Below, piece after piece: positions 63,960 through 64,000 of a stretch of 64,000 nucleotides of DNA (position 1 is the first letter of the stretch; every line of letters begins with the position of its first letter). Source of the DNA: Gammaproteobacteria bacterium (lineage in GTDB: Bacteria > Pseudomonadota > Gammaproteobacteria > Steroidobacterales > JABDKV01); NCBI GenBank assembly GCA_029862165.1, contig JAOTXU010000004.1, forward strand, positions 43,288 to 107,287, read 5' to 3'. A model generated the notes under the pieces. It made no database searches. It was not told the DNA's origin and saw nothing but the letters and a program-made list of their open reading frames with translations. The position numbers and the translations under genes were made by a program.

Positions 63960-64000
63960 ATGATAGGTTACGTGACCCTCGGAACTAACGATCTCGCAAG
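63960..64000 (+). CDS. 5' end of a probable VOC/glyoxalase-family gene (truncated by window)
   Basis: AGGAG RBS, then ATG at 63960 encoding 'MIGYVTLGTNDLA', a typical VOC-family N-terminus. Only 13 codons are visible. Confidence 0.4.
   Translation, partial: MIGYVTLGTNDLA

Noticed and set aside
1-64000. CRISPR arrays, rRNA/tRNA genes, integrases, prophage genes, toxin-antitoxin pairs, restriction-modification or other known defence islands.
   Set aside because: Reading both strands showed no regularly spaced direct repeats, no rRNA or tRNA structure, no tyrosine/serine recombinase and no phage structural genes. Apart from the IS remnant, the window looks like core or accessory chromosome rather than a mobile island.

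Overview
All calls below come from reading the sequence and the ORF track; no similarity search, HMM scan or RNA folding was run. The window looks like a 64-kb chromosomal segment of a Gram-negative bacterium, probably a marine gammaproteobacterium. That guess rests on gene content and a mid-50s % G+C judged by eye. It is densely coded, with about 55 genes.

Main blocks:
- 1-9809: a Tad/Flp pilus locus cut at the 5' edge. Order is cpaC, small lipoprotein, tadG, two tadE-like genes, tadZ/cpaE, tadA/cpaF, tadB, tadC, then a TadD-like TPR lipoprotein with a C-terminal SH3b-like domain.
- 17656-9811, minus strand: a Vibrio TonB2-type system (DUF3450/TtpB, TtpC, ExbB, ExbD, TonB, TPR/TtpD). It runs directly into a Tat small subunit, a GMC flavoprotein and an exported RidA lipoprotein.
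- 17917-22838: a Cache-HAMP-GGDEF cyclase converges on a GAF-GAF-PAS class III nucleotidyl cyclase, which is preceded by a periodic coiled-coil protein.
- 22932-30865: a DASS transporter, a Tat aldo/keto reductase, an M14 carboxypeptidase and a pyrimidine salvage set (tdk, upp, deoA, cdd).
- 30915-34724: an internally deleted IS3-family remnant, an AT-richer Oar-like TonB-dependent receptor, and a 31-codon hydrophobic micro-ORF in its long leader.
- 35079-43999: an EEP nuclease/phosphatase, DUF2339, TauE, tyrA, cysK, a PagP-like protein and a YidB-like protein.
- 44231-64000: a BNR/sortilin-repeat protein, an ABC exporter, a methyltransferase, an M48 protease, a second TonB-dependent receptor, a transglutaminase/TPR protein, an HD-GYP protein whose HD dyad reads LD, a Rieske oxygenase, two related secreted proteins of unknown function, MBL+TauE, a membrane C13 peptidase, a multi-zinc-ribbon protein, and a truncated VOC-family start.

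I found no rRNA or tRNA gene, CRISPR array, intact mobile element or recognisable phage-defence system. The candidates I consider most worth follow-up:
- the exported RidA sitting where a cytochrome c subunit is expected in the Tat/GMC dehydrogenase module appended to the TonB2 operon;
- the periodic coiled-coil protein apparently co-transcribed with the multi-sensor cyclase;
- the DUF2339-EEP pair;
- the C13 peptidase / zinc-ribbon divergent pair;
- the IS-flanked AT-rich Oar-like receptor with its leader micro-ORF.

None of these is proven novel.
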